Assembly: GCF_032153725.1 (NCBI RefSeq) | Contig: NZ_JALDYQ010000013.1 | Coordinates: 9,686 to 73,685, forward strand | Origin: Sphingobium sp. | GTDB taxonomy: Bacteria; Pseudomonadota; Alphaproteobacteria; Sphingomonadales; Sphingomonadaceae | Direction of reading: 5' to 3' | DNA length: 64,000 nucleotides | In this document: one piece after another, positions 8,752-16,849 of the stretch | Layout of the letters: each line of letters opens with the position of its first letter | How positions within the stretch are numbered: the first letter of the stretch is position 1 | Notes under the pieces: model-generated | Seen by the model: only the letters and a program-made list of their open reading frames with translations | What the model was told of the DNA's origin: nothing | Databases searched by the model: none | Translations under genes and position numbers: made by a program

Positions 8752-9387
8752 TTACAGCCTTTCGATCTTGCTGGCAGCCTCATCAATCAGCGAGGCGACG
8801 TCGAACATGGTCTGGGCATCGGCCCCTTCGCGTTCAAGCCGCGCCCGGACCGCCATGCCCAGATTGTGCATCGCCCGTCGGATCGGCGCGCCATCCGTGC
8901 GTTCCGCCCTTTTGGCGAGTGAACCGAGACGATCCATGACCTCTTGCATGCCCTCGGCATTGTCGGCCAGATGGGCCGTGCCTGCGTCGGTGATGGCGAA
9001 CAGTTTACGGCTGCTCTCACCGGGCTGTTCGACGATCAGGCCCATGTCCGCCAGCAGGGTCAGCGTGGGATAGACCACGCCGGGGCTGGGCGCATAGGCC
9101 TCTCCCGAAAGGGCCTGAATCTCGCGGATCAGGTCATAGCCATGACGCGGGCTGTCCGCGATCAGCTTCAGCAGGATGAGCTTGAGCGCATCATTGGCGA
9201 ACTGACGGCGGCGTCCGCCACCCCGGCCGCCGCCAAAGGGGCCATCGCCGAAGCGGCCACCGAAGCCGCCTGCAAAGCCGCCACGATCAAAGCCTTCCGG
9301 CCCGAACATGCGATCATGGCCAAGCCCGCGACGGCCGCCATGATGACGATGATGAAAGTGCATATCGGAGTCTCTTAACTGTTTCAT
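8752..9387 (-). CDS. PadR-family transcriptional regulator with His/Gly/Arg-rich N-terminal extension
   Basis: Winged-helix core LKLILLKLIADSPRHGYDLIREIQALSGEAYAPSPGVVYPTLTLLADMG. Preceded by about 65 aa of HFHHRHHGG plus RGG/FGG repeats. Start at 9387 (no SD, probably leaderless) or 9363. Confidence 0.85.
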   Translation of the reverse strand: MKQLRDSDMHFHHRHHGGRRGLGHDRMFGPEGFDRGGFAGGFGGRFGDGPFGGGRGGGRRRQFANDALKLILLKLIADSPRHGYDLIREIQALSGEAYAPSPGVVYPTLTLLADMGLIVEQPGESSRKLFAITDAGTAHLADNAEGMQEVMDRLGSLAKRAERTDGAPIRRAMHNLGMAVRARLEREGADAQTMFDVASLIDEAASKIERL

Positions 9388-9396
9388 GATGGGTTT

Positions 9397-9439
9397 AGAT
9401 ATATCTTAAAATATCGAACGTCAAGATTTACGATATATC
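9397..9439 (-). promoter_or_regulatory. two AT-rich palindromes overlapping a candidate sigma70 promoter of the PadR operon
   Basis: AGATATATCT (9397-9406, perfect 10-bp palindrome) and GATATATC (9432-9439), centres 34 bp apart. The minus strand reads TTGACG (9419-9424)-N15/17-TATATC/TATCTA, so palindrome 1 overlaps the -10 element. Confidence 0.45.
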
Positions 9440-9465
9440 TTTTCTGCATCTCAACTGTCTGGAAC

Positions 9466-9497
9466 AAAAAAACCCGCCGGACGCATGGTCCGGCGGG
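9466..9497 (-). terminator. intrinsic terminator downstream of grpE
   Basis: Minus strand CCCGCCGGA-ccaugcg-UCCGGCGGG followed by U7. Confidence 0.75.
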
Positions 9498-9522
9498 CCC
9501 TTTATCTCGCGATAATGGCCGA

Positions 9523-10077
9523 TCAGTCGGGCTTCTTCGCCACGCTGACCAGCGCAGGACGCAGCAGCCGATCCTTGATCGTGTAGCCCGCCTGCATTTC
9601 GACCAGCACCGTGCCCGGCTCGGCATCGGCCGAGGGCACCTCCATCATCGCCTGATGCCTGTTGGGGTCGAGCGGCTGGCCGACCGACTCCAGTTTCTCA
9701 ATGCCGTTGCGGCCAAAGACCGCCTCCAGCTCGCGCCCGGTGGCTTCCAGGCCTGCCACCAGCCCCTTGAACTTCTCATCGTCACGCAGATCGGCGGGGA
9801 TCGTCTGGAGCGCGCGCCCCAGATTGTCCGCCACCGACAGCATGTCGCGGGCAAAGGCCGTCGCTGCATAGGCGCGCGCGTCGGCCAGTTCCTTTTCCAG
9901 CCGCCGCCGCACATTCTGCGTTTCGGCATGGGCATAGAGCACGTCCTGCCTGGCGGTCGCCAGTTCATTTTCGAGCGCGGCGATCTTCTCCGCCGCCGCG
10001 TCGCCGGCTGGCGCCGCATCCTCGGGCAGTTCGTCAACGATTTCGGTATTTTCGATATTCAGTTTTTCTTCGCTCAT
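9523..10077 (-). CDS. grpE: nucleotide exchange factor GrpE
   Basis: 184 aa, acidic N-terminus, coiled coil, C-terminal GYTIKDRLLRPALV motif. 4-nt overlap with hrcA. Confidence 0.95.
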   Translation of the reverse strand: MSEEKLNIENTEIVDELPEDAAPAGDAAAEKIAALENELATARQDVLYAHAETQNVRRRLEKELADARAYAATAFARDMLSVADNLGRALQTIPADLRDDEKFKGLVAGLEATGRELEAVFGRNGIEKLESVGQPLDPNRHQAMMEVPSADAEPGTVLVEMQAGYTIKDRLLRPALVSVAKKPD

Positions 10078-11117
10078 CTCATCAATCTCGACAGCGTCTG
10101 CGCAGTGAAGTCCACCATGGGGATCACCCGCGCATAGTTCAAGCGCGTCGGCCCGATTACGCCGACCACGCCCACCACCCGGCCGTCTCCGCCCCGGTAA
10201 GGCGCGGCTATGACCGAAGAACCCGACAGGGAAAAGAGCTTGTTTTCCGATCCGATGAAGATTTTGGTCGCGCTGCCCGCCAGCGCGCTTTCCAGCAGGC
10301 TGGAAATCTCCTGCTTGCCCTCAAGCTGCTCCAGCAGTTGCCGCACCCGCTCCAGATCGGCGGCGGTGCCATCATCCAGCAGATGCGCCTGACCGCGCAC
10401 GATCAATACCGGCCGCTCGTCCGCATCATGCGACCAGACTGCAATGCCGCGCTCCACCAGTTCCCGCGCCGCGCCCTGAAGCGTGTTGCGGTCCCTCTCC
10501 AGCTCGCGCCGCAAGGCCTCTCCCGCTTGCGCCAGCGTCAGCCCGCCAAAGCGCGCCGACATGAAATTCGCCGCCTCATTGAGCATGATGGGCGTCACCC
10601 CAAGCGGCAGATCGACCACGCGATTCTCGATCGATCCATCCTGTCCGACCAGCACGGCCAGGGCCTGCCGATCATTCAGCGACACGAAACCGAATTGCCG
10701 CAGCACGGGTTCGCGCTTGGGGACCATGACGATCCCGGCGCAGGCGGACAGGCCGGACAAGGCGGCGGTGGCGGCCGACAGCGCTTCTTCTATCGGCCCG
10801 CCTTCGGAAATCCCCGCCTCGATCGCGCGCCTTTCCTCGACGGAAGGTTCGGCCGCCTGCATCATGCCGTCGACGAAAAGCCGGAGCCCGGTTTCCGTCG
10901 GCATGCGCCCTGCCGAGGTATGCGGCGCGGCCAGCAGGCCCAGCTCCTCCAGGTCCTGCATCACATTGCGGATCGACGCGGGCGACAGGCTCAAGCTGGC
11001 AAGCTTGCTGATCGTGCGCGAGCCAACAGGCAGCCCGGTGCCGAGATAGCTCTCGACCACCAGACGGAAAACGTCGCGGGCACGCTCGTTAAGCTCGGTG
11101 ATCGGGGTGACCGCCAT
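10074..11117 (-). CDS. hrcA: heat-inducible transcription repressor HrcA
   Basis: 347 aa. LNERARDVFRLVVESYLGTGLPVGSRTISK N-terminal wHTH, GVVGVIGPTRLNYARVIPMVD C-terminus. Confidence 0.95.
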   Translation of the reverse strand: MAVTPITELNERARDVFRLVVESYLGTGLPVGSRTISKLASLSLSPASIRNVMQDLEELGLLAAPHTSAGRMPTETGLRLFVDGMMQAAEPSVEERRAIEAGISEGGPIEEALSAATAALSGLSACAGIVMVPKREPVLRQFGFVSLNDRQALAVLVGQDGSIENRVVDLPLGVTPIMLNEAANFMSARFGGLTLAQAGEALRRELERDRNTLQGAARELVERGIAVWSHDADERPVLIVRGQAHLLDDGTAADLERVRQLLEQLEGKQEISSLLESALAGSATKIFIGSENKLFSLSGSSVIAAPYRGGDGRVVGVVGVIGPTRLNYARVIPMVDFTAQTLSRLMR

Positions 11118-11124
11118 GGCGTTT

Positions 11125-11153
11125 ATCTAGGCGCGCATCGCTCTGCGCTCAAG
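11125..11153 (-). promoter_or_regulatory. candidate RpoH (sigma32)-type promoter immediately upstream of hrcA
   Basis: Minus strand CTTG-N18-CCTAGAT versus the alphaproteobacterial CTTG-N17-CYTATNT pattern. The -10 ends 5 nt before the ATG, implying a near-leaderless transcript. Weak match. Confidence 0.25.
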
Positions 11154-11161
11154 CCCAACCG

Positions 11162-11674
11162 TCATTTGCCCTTGGCGGTGGGCTTCACCATCGCCGCGAT
11201 ATCCAGCATTCTGGGGATCGACGCGATCGTCGCGCGCAGCCTGCCATATCCGGCATCCATGCAGCCGGACTGAAATTCCAGCCGGGTGGGCTGCGCTTCG
11301 TCGCGCGTCCATTCGATGACATAAGCGGGCATGTCCGTCGCGAAACGGGTGCAATTTTCCCCATGCGCAATCCGCTTGACCGTTCCCTGCGCCGGCCGGA
11401 ACTGCGCCAGCGCCGCGCGGAAGCGGCGATATTGCAGCGGCGTCACGGTGAAGCGCGTCGGCCCCGGCACGGCGGTAAAGCGTTGCGGCTCGATCAGTCC
11501 GGAACCGTCCGGCGTCACCTGAAGGCTATAGCTGGGACAGGCGCCGAAACAGGGTCCGGCTGAAAATCTGATCGTATCGCCCGCCATGGTCGGCTTTTCC
11601 AGCTCGGCCTGCTCCATCGCGCAGGCGCCCAGCAGCGCCGTGGCCGCCAAAATCATGATCGTTTTCGTCCCCAT
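11162..11674 (-). CDS. lipoprotein with CxxxCP motif (DUF6438-like)
   Basis: Track ORF 11162-12031 trimmed to ATG 11674 ([18 protein letters not shown]...), lipobox LLGA-C. Contains [12 protein letters not shown]. Family label is tentative. Confidence 0.7.
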   Translation of the reverse strand: MGTKTIMILAATALLGACAMEQAELEKPTMAGDTIRFSAGPCFGACPSYSLQVTPDGSGLIEPQRFTAVPGPTRFTVTPLQYRRFRAALAQFRPAQGTVKRIAHGENCTRFATDMPAYVIEWTRDEAQPTRLEFQSGCMDAGYGRLRATIASIPRMLDIAAMVKPTAKGK

Positions 11675-11771
11675 GCCCCGTTTCCTAGCATCTTTCACAT
11701 ATATCGCCACTGGCATGTCCGCCGGCCCGGCGCTAAGCCCGCTCGACACAACGCTTCGGAGAAGAAATCTT

Positions 11772-12488
11772 ATGCGTCCTTCCGGCCGCGCGCCCGACCA
11801 GATGCGCGAAATCACCATGGAGCCTGGCTTCACCATCCATGCCGAGGGCAGCTGCCTGGTGAGCTTTGGCGACACCCGCGTCCTGTGCACCGCATCGATC
11901 GAGGAAAAAGTGCCGCCCTTCCTGCGCGGCAAGGGTTCGGGCTGGGTCACGGCGGAATATGGCATGCTGCCCCGCGCCACCCACACCCGTGGCAGCCGCG
12001 AAGCCGCCAAGGGCAAGCAGTCGGGCCGCACCCAGGAAATCCAGCGCCTGATCGGCCGATCGCTGCGTGCCGTGGTCGACCTCCAGAAGCTGGGCGAGCG
12101 TCAGATCGTCGTCGACTGCGACGTGATCCAGGCCGATGGCGGCACCCGCACGGCAGCCATTTCGGGTAGCTGGGTCGCGCTGCGCATCGCCATCGACAAG
12201 CTGCTGGCGAGCGGTGCGCTGAAGGAAGACCCCATCGTGCAGAAGGTCGCTGCGATCAGTTGCGGCATCTACAACGGCACGCCGGTGCTCGACCTCGATT
12301 ATGCGGAGGACAGCAATGCGCAGGCCGACGCCAATCTGATCCTGACCAGCGATGGCAAATTTGCGGAAGTGCAGGCGACGGCGGAAGGCGCTACCTATGA
12401 CGAGGAAGAGCTGCTTCGCCTGCTGCGCCTCGCCCGTATCGGCTGCGCGCAGATCTTCGCGGCGCAGGATAAGGTGACGGGACGATAA
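11772..12488 (+). CDS. rph: ribonuclease PH
   Basis: Track ORF 11586-12488 trimmed to ATG 11772. 238 aa, [14 protein letters not shown]...[17 protein letters not shown]...[14 protein letters not shown]. Confidence 0.95.
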   Translation: MRPSGRAPDQMREITMEPGFTIHAEGSCLVSFGDTRVLCTASIEEKVPPFLRGKGSGWVTAEYGMLPRATHTRGSREAAKGKQSGRTQEIQRLIGRSLRAVVDLQKLGERQIVVDCDVIQADGGTRTAAISGSWVALRIAIDKLLASGALKEDPIVQKVAAISCGIYNGTPVLDLDYAEDSNAQADANLILTSDGKFAEVQATAEGATYDEEELLRLLRLARIGCAQIFAAQDKVTGR

Positions 12489-12489
12489 G

Positions 12490-13119
12490 ATGAGTGACGA
12501 GTTCGGACAGGAACAGGCGATCCGCAAGCTGGGACCGGGCAGGCTGGTGATCGCCAGCCACAATCCCGGCAAGGTGCGGGAAATCGGAGAACTGCTCGCA
12601 CCCTATGGTATCGAGACAGTGTCCGCCGCCGCGCTGGACCTGCCCGAACCCGATGAAACTGGCACGACCTTCATCGCCAATGCGGAGCTGAAGGCGATGC
12701 AGGCCGCCGATCTGTCGGGTCTGCCCGCGCTGGCCGATGACAGCGGCCTGTGCGTCGAGGCGCTGAACGGCGATCCGGGCATCTTCTCTGCCCGCTGGGC
12801 TGGGGAAACCAAGGATTTCGGGCTCGCCATGCAGCTGGTCTGGGACAATATCCAGGCCCGGGGACCGGAAGCGGGCCATGGCGCGCATTTCATCTGCGCC
12901 CTCGCTTTGGCCTGGCCCGATGGCCATGTCGAGGCGTTCGAGGGTCGGGTCGACGGCACCATCATCTGGCCGCCGCGCGGCGACAGGGGCTTTGGCTACG
13001 ACCCGATCTTCCAGCCGCATGGGCATGAAATCAGCTTCGGCGAGATGGAGCCGGAAAAAAAGCATGCGATGAGCCACCGCGCCGATGCCTTCGCGCAGTT
13101 GGTGGCGGCGGTGTTTTAG
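12490..13119 (+). CDS. rdgB: non-canonical purine NTP pyrophosphatase RdgB/HAM1
   Basis: 209 aa. [43 protein letters not shown] motifs. Confidence 0.92.
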   Translation: MSDEFGQEQAIRKLGPGRLVIASHNPGKVREIGELLAPYGIETVSAAALDLPEPDETGTTFIANAELKAMQAADLSGLPALADDSGLCVEALNGDPGIFSARWAGETKDFGLAMQLVWDNIQARGPEAGHGAHFICALALAWPDGHVEAFEGRVDGTIIWPPRGDRGFGYDPIFQPHGHEISFGEMEPEKKHAMSHRADAFAQLVAAVF

Positions 13120-13226
13120 AGCGATTTCCAAGCGATCGGAATCGATCGCTGGTTAAGAAATCGCCGCAAACACAGGGGTTTAGAGCGGCGATCTGATCCA
13201 ATCAGATCGAAAACCGCTCTAAAAAC
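13113..13226. repeat. three copies of a ~25-nt TTTAGAGCG(G)...GATC(TGAT) unit (family D), two forming a long hairpin
   Basis: TTTAGAGCG at 13115-13123 contains the rdgB TAG stop. It recurs at 13179-13187 and as its reverse complement at 13215-13223, inside the last codons of the CAP gene. 13179-13223 folds as TTTAGAGCGG.GATCTGAT-cca-ATCAGATC.....CCGCTCTAAA. Confidence 0.5.
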
Positions 13227-13900
13227 CCGGGCGGGTGCCCGGCGCAATGCTCGCCACTGGCATATTGGGCGGGCGCGCCGTCGTCCCGGTCCAGCGGATT
13301 CTGGCCGAAGACATTGCCCGCCGGGAAATAGCGGCAGACGAGATAGTCGTAACTCTGCCCCTCCGCCAGCGCGCAGCCGACCTTGCGCGTGCTGCGCCAG
13401 ATGATCTGGGTATAATGGCCGACATCCTCCCAGCGGCCGGTGGTGCTGAGATCGGGCAGGATGCCGCTGCGCCGGAAATAGCGTTTCTCATCCAGGAACG
13501 AGCCCACCATCAGCTCATAATCATACAGGCCCCGCGATCCCATCCAGAGATTTTCGCCGCTGGGGATAGCGCGGCTGGCGCGCGGCGAATGCCGGAAGAG
13601 ATTGGTCTGCGCCATCTGCCGCGCATAGCGCGCCGCATCCGCCGCCAGGGCGCTGTCCCAGGCCAAGGGGGAGAGCCCGAGCGATTCGCGTTCCTCATTA
13701 TGCATGCCCAGAACGACGTCACGCATCAGGGCATTGTCGCGATCCGCTTCTTCCATGCCATAATAGGAGGCAGGCATGGCGGGTGGCGGGGAACGGGTCC
13801 CGCGCGAAGGCGACGCTTCGCCCTGCCCCGTGACCGCCAGCAAAAGCCCCGCCAACGCTAGCCGCGCGGGCCAAAGCCGTTTAATGAAGCCCCTACTCAT
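13202..13900 (-). CDS. secreted CAP/SCP/PR-1 domain protein
   Basis: Signal peptide MSRGFIKRLWPARLALAGLLLAVTGQGEA. HYTQIIWRSTRKVGCA and YLVCRYFPAGN blocks are typical of the CAP superfamily. Confidence 0.85.
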   Translation of the reverse strand: MSRGFIKRLWPARLALAGLLLAVTGQGEASPSRGTRSPPPAMPASYYGMEEADRDNALMRDVVLGMHNEERESLGLSPLAWDSALAADAARYARQMAQTNLFRHSPRASRAIPSGENLWMGSRGLYDYELMVGSFLDEKRYFRRSGILPDLSTTGRWEDVGHYTQIIWRSTRKVGCALAEGQSYDYLVCRYFPAGNVFGQNPLDRDDGAPAQYASGEHCAGHPPGFLERFSI

Positions 13901-15089
13901 GTCACCCGACCCTTTTATCCCCGCTGCCGCGCCTCACTCATCGGACTTGGCCGATCCCATAGCCTTATATGTGCATTGGCCATTTTGCGTTTCAAAATGT
14001 CCTTACTGCGATTTTAACAGCCATGTCCGGGCCGAGATCGATATCGAGGCCTGGCGCGATGCGCTGCTAAGCGATCTGGCTCATGAAGCGGCACTGAATG
14101 GTGGGCGGCCGCTCTCCTCGATCTTCTTCGGCGGTGGCACGCCTTCGCTAATGCCGCCGCGAATCGTGGAGGCGCTGATCGACGCGGCGACGGGCCATTG
14201 GCCTGCGACGTCCGACATCGAAATCACGTTGGAGGCCAATCCCAGCTCGGTCGAGGCCGCTCGCTTCGCCGACCTCGCTGCGGCGGGGGTCAACCGGGTA
14301 TCGCTCGGCCTTCAGGCGCTGGAGGATGAAGCGCTCCGCTTTCTCGGCCGCGCCCATGACGTACGCGAGGGGCTGGCGGCGCTGGACATCGCGCAGTCAG
14401 TGTTCGCGCGGGTCAATTTCGACCTCATCTACGCCCGGCCCGGCCAGAGCGAAGCGGATTGGGAAGCGGAACTGGCACGGGGCCTGTCCTTCGGCACCGA
14501 TCATCTCTCGCTCTATCAACTTACCATAGAGCCGGGCACCCGCTTCGCGACGCTGGTTGCGCAGGGCAGGCTCACCCCCGCCGATGCCGACCATGCCGCC
14601 ACGCTTTATGAACAGACCCAGGCCATGACGGCGGCGGCGGGCATCCCCGCCTATGAGATCAGCAATCATGCCCGCGCGGGGCAGGAAAGCCGTCATAACC
14701 TCATCTATTGGCGCTATGGCGACTATGCCGGGATCGGCCCAGGGGCCCATGGACGGCGCCGCGGGCTGGCCACCCTGCGCCACAGGAAGCCCGAAAACTG
14801 GATGAACGCGGTCGGCCGCAACCGCCATGGGCTGCAAAGCGAGGAACCGCTCGATCCCGCCGACCGGGCGCGGGAGGCGCTGCTGATGGGGCTGCGGCTG
14901 GTGGAAGGGGTGGATCTGGAGCGGGTCGGCCGCCTCTCCGGCGTGCCCATCGCGGCGCTGATCGACGCGGACGCGGTTGCGCGGCTCGCCGGCCATGGGC
15001 TGATCCGGCAGGAGGGGCGACGCCTACGCATCGAACCCGCCGGGATGCTCTTGCTGGATGCGATTCTGCCGGAAGTCGTGGCGGTCTGA
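13899..15089 (+). CDS. hemW: radical SAM heme chaperone HemW (HemN-like)
   Basis: LYVHWPFCVSKCPYCDFNS radical-SAM CxxxCxxC motif and HemN C-terminal domain. Start uncertain: ATG 13884, ATG 13899 or TTG 13947, all in frame. Confidence 0.88.
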   Translation: MSPDPFIPAAAPHSSDLADPIALYVHWPFCVSKCPYCDFNSHVRAEIDIEAWRDALLSDLAHEAALNGGRPLSSIFFGGGTPSLMPPRIVEALIDAATGHWPATSDIEITLEANPSSVEAARFADLAAAGVNRVSLGLQALEDEALRFLGRAHDVREGLAALDIAQSVFARVNFDLIYARPGQSEADWEAELARGLSFGTDHLSLYQLTIEPGTRFATLVAQGRLTPADADHAATLYEQTQAMTAAAGIPAYEISNHARAGQESRHNLIYWRYGDYAGIGPGAHGRRRGLATLRHRKPENWMNAVGRNRHGLQSEEPLDPADRAREALLMGLRLVEGVDLERVGRLSGVPIAALIDADAVARLAGHGLIRQEGRRLRIEPAGMLLLDAILPEVVAV

Positions 15090-15099
15090 ACGACCTGTC

Positions 15100-15528
15100 C
15101 TATTCCTCGTCATCCATCCGGGCGATTTCCTTGTCCAGATCGCGGAGCACGTCGGCCCTGATCTTGTCCGACATCTTCGCGGCCGCGGCGATGTGGGCAC
15201 GGGCCGCGATCAGTCCGGCCCGCGCGGCGCGATGCGCCTGCGCCTCGATCTGCGTTTCGCAAATGCGAATCCGGATGTGACGGCGCCCATCGGCATCCAC
15301 CGTCTCGCGCCGCGTCACGTTCTTCCCTTCCTCGCAGCCGCTGCCAATGTCGACATTCGGCACCTTATGACGGATTTCCGCTTCGCCAGGCATGGCATGG
15401 GTCGCGATCCGATCCCCATCGTCGCGCTGACCGGCGGGGGGCACGGGCGGAACCGGCGCGATCCTGTCGATGACGGGCGCCGCCAACAGGGTCGTGGCAA
15501 TCAGCATTTCGGCCGTCCAGACGCTCAT
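15100..15528 (-). CDS. hypothetical exported protein
   Basis: 142 aa. GAGAGGA Shine-Dalgarno 9 nt upstream of ATG 15528, hydrophobic N-terminus, high GC3. No family recognised. Confidence 0.6.
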   Translation of the reverse strand: MSVWTAEMLIATTLLAAPVIDRIAPVPPVPPAGQRDDGDRIATHAMPGEAEIRHKVPNVDIGSGCEEGKNVTRRETVDADGRRHIRIRICETQIEAQAHRAARAGLIAARAHIAAAAKMSDKIRADVLRDLDKEIARMDDEE

Positions 15529-15718
15529 GGTCGCAATCCTCTCAGGATTTCTTCAAGTGTCGACCTGTTTTACACATATCGCAACGGCCGACGAAGGATT
15601 AACCTTCGTGAGCATCGAAAATGCGTGCCTTTTCATCTCTGGCACAGGTCTTGCGGAGGTAGGGACGTTCCCATGAACGTTCAACTATCGGGGGATGACG
15701 GCCCGTCTCAGCCTCATC

Positions 15719-15764
15719 CCCCACCCGGTTTTGGCCCCACCCGGTTTTGGCCCCACCCGTTTCC
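15719..15764. repeat. 16-nt tandem repeat, 2.9 copies
   Basis: CCCCACCCGGTTTTGG x2 then CCCCACCCGTTTCC. Intergenic, next to the grxD terminator. Confidence 0.85.
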
Positions 15765-15780
15765 TCAGGTGACGCGCATG

Positions 15781-15814
15781 AAAAAAGGCGGCCCGGAAAC
15801 CAGACCGCCTTTTC
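15781..15814 (-). terminator. intrinsic terminator downstream of grxD
   Basis: Minus strand AAAGGCGGUCUGG-uuu-CCGGGCCGCCUUU followed by UUU (U6 run in total). Also flanked by A/U runs on the plus strand, so possibly bidirectional. Confidence 0.75.
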
Positions 15815-15834
15815 ATGATCCCTCGGAGGAAGGC

Positions 15835-16167
15835 TCAGTTTGCGGGCGCAACACCCTGATCGGCCATGAGCTGCTGCAATTCGCCCGCTTCATACATTTC
15901 CATCATGATGTCGCTGCCACCGACAAATTCGCCCTTCACATAAAGCTGGGGAATGGTCGGCCAGTCGGAAAAGGCCTTGATCCCCTGACGGACGACCTGA
16001 TCCTGCAAGACGTCCACGCTTTCATAGGCGACGCCCAGATGTTCGAGGATCGCAATCGCACGGCTGGAAAAGCCGCATTGCGGGAACAGCGGCGTGCCCT
16101 TCATGAAAAGCACGACGTCATTGCCATTGACGATATCGGCGATGCGCTGGTGCACGGCGTCGGTCAT
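15835..16167 (-). CDS. grxD: monothiol glutaredoxin (Grx4 family)
   Basis: 110 aa. VVLFMKGTPLFPQCGFS active-site CGFS motif. Confidence 0.93.
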   Translation of the reverse strand: MTDAVHQRIADIVNGNDVVLFMKGTPLFPQCGFSSRAIAILEHLGVAYESVDVLQDQVVRQGIKAFSDWPTIPQLYVKGEFVGGSDIMMEMYEAGELQQLMADQGVAPAN

Positions 16168-16224
16168 CGGGTGTCCATTCCTGTCAGGCGCCGCTGCAAG
16201 GGCGCGATATGTGTCTGATGGCCG

Positions 16225-16452
16225 TTAATTGGGAACGGCGGTGGTAAGTTGCAAGGCATGGAGCACGCCGCCCATGCGGCCGCCCAGCGCGGCATAAACG
16301 GCGCGCTGCTGCGCGACCCGGCTCATGCCGCGGAAACTTTCCGAAACGACGCGCGCCGCATAATGGTCGCCATCGCCGGCAAGGTCGGTGATTTCGACCT
16401 CCGCATCCGGAATGGCGGCGCGGATCATCTCCGCAATGTCATCGGCGGCCAT
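16225..16452 (-). CDS. BolA-family protein
   Basis: Track ORF trimmed to ATG 16452. 75 aa, DGDHYAARVVSESFRGMSRVAQQRAVYAAL and HALQL pattern. Adjacent to grxD, as is typical. Confidence 0.85.
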   Translation of the reverse strand: MAADDIAEMIRAAIPDAEVEITDLAGDGDHYAARVVSESFRGMSRVAQQRAVYAALGGRMGGVLHALQLTTAVPN

Positions 16453-16477
16453 CGGCACGGTCGCTGGTTCCTTATGC

Positions 16478-16801
16478 TTATTGCGCTTCGATGAACATGC
16501 GGCGGGCGATGACCTGCTGCTCGTCCAGAGCGGTGCGGACGCCGGCTTCATCAATGTCGATCCCGGCCAGGGTCATGTCGCCCAACAGCTTGCGGATCAC
16601 ATCCTCGTCGCCCGCTTCTTCGAAATCGGCCTGCACCACTGCCTTGGCATAGGCATCGGTTTCTTCGGGCGTCAGCCCCATTTTCGCCCCGGCCCATTCG
16701 CCGAGCAGACGGTTACGGCGCGCCTGGATGCGGAACTGCATCTCCTGATCATGCGCGAACATGTTTTCAAAGGCCTTTTCGCGTTCGTCGAAGGTCGTCA
16801 T
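16478..16801 (-). CDS. DUF1476 protein (F1-ATPase inhibitor zeta-subunit family)
   Basis: 107 aa. MTTFDEREKAFENMFAHDQEMQFRIQARRNRLLGEW matches the DUF1476 family, which includes the Paracoccus zeta inhibitor. Confidence 0.8.
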   Translation of the reverse strand: MTTFDEREKAFENMFAHDQEMQFRIQARRNRLLGEWAGAKMGLTPEETDAYAKAVVQADFEEAGDEDVIRKLLGDMTLAGIDIDEAGVRTALDEQQVIARRMFIEAQ

Positions 16802-16822
16802 GCCTGTGCCCTGTAGAAAAAC

Positions 16823-16834
16823 CGGAATATTCCG
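16823..16834. promoter_or_regulatory. perfect 12-bp palindrome CGGAATATTCCG upstream of the DUF1476 gene
   Basis: Seen directly, 22 nt upstream of ATG 16801. Function unknown. Confidence 0.3.
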
Positions 16835-16849
16835 TTCGAGATAGGATGA

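Noticed and set aside
11118-11161. CIRCE operator (TTAGCACTC-N9-GAGTGCTAA) upstream of hrcA
   Set aside because: No match to the inverted repeat on either strand in this spacer.
15655-15700. EcfG/general-stress promoter (GGAAC-N16/17-CGTT)
   Set aside because: GGGAACG is present on the minus strand, but the sequence 16-17 nt downstream is GACC/ACCT, not CGTT.
15719-15764. Tandem repeats (this one and 38528-38598) as possible CRISPR arrays
   Set aside because: The units are contiguous with no spacers, there are only 2-3 copies, and there are no cas genes. They are simple tandem duplications.
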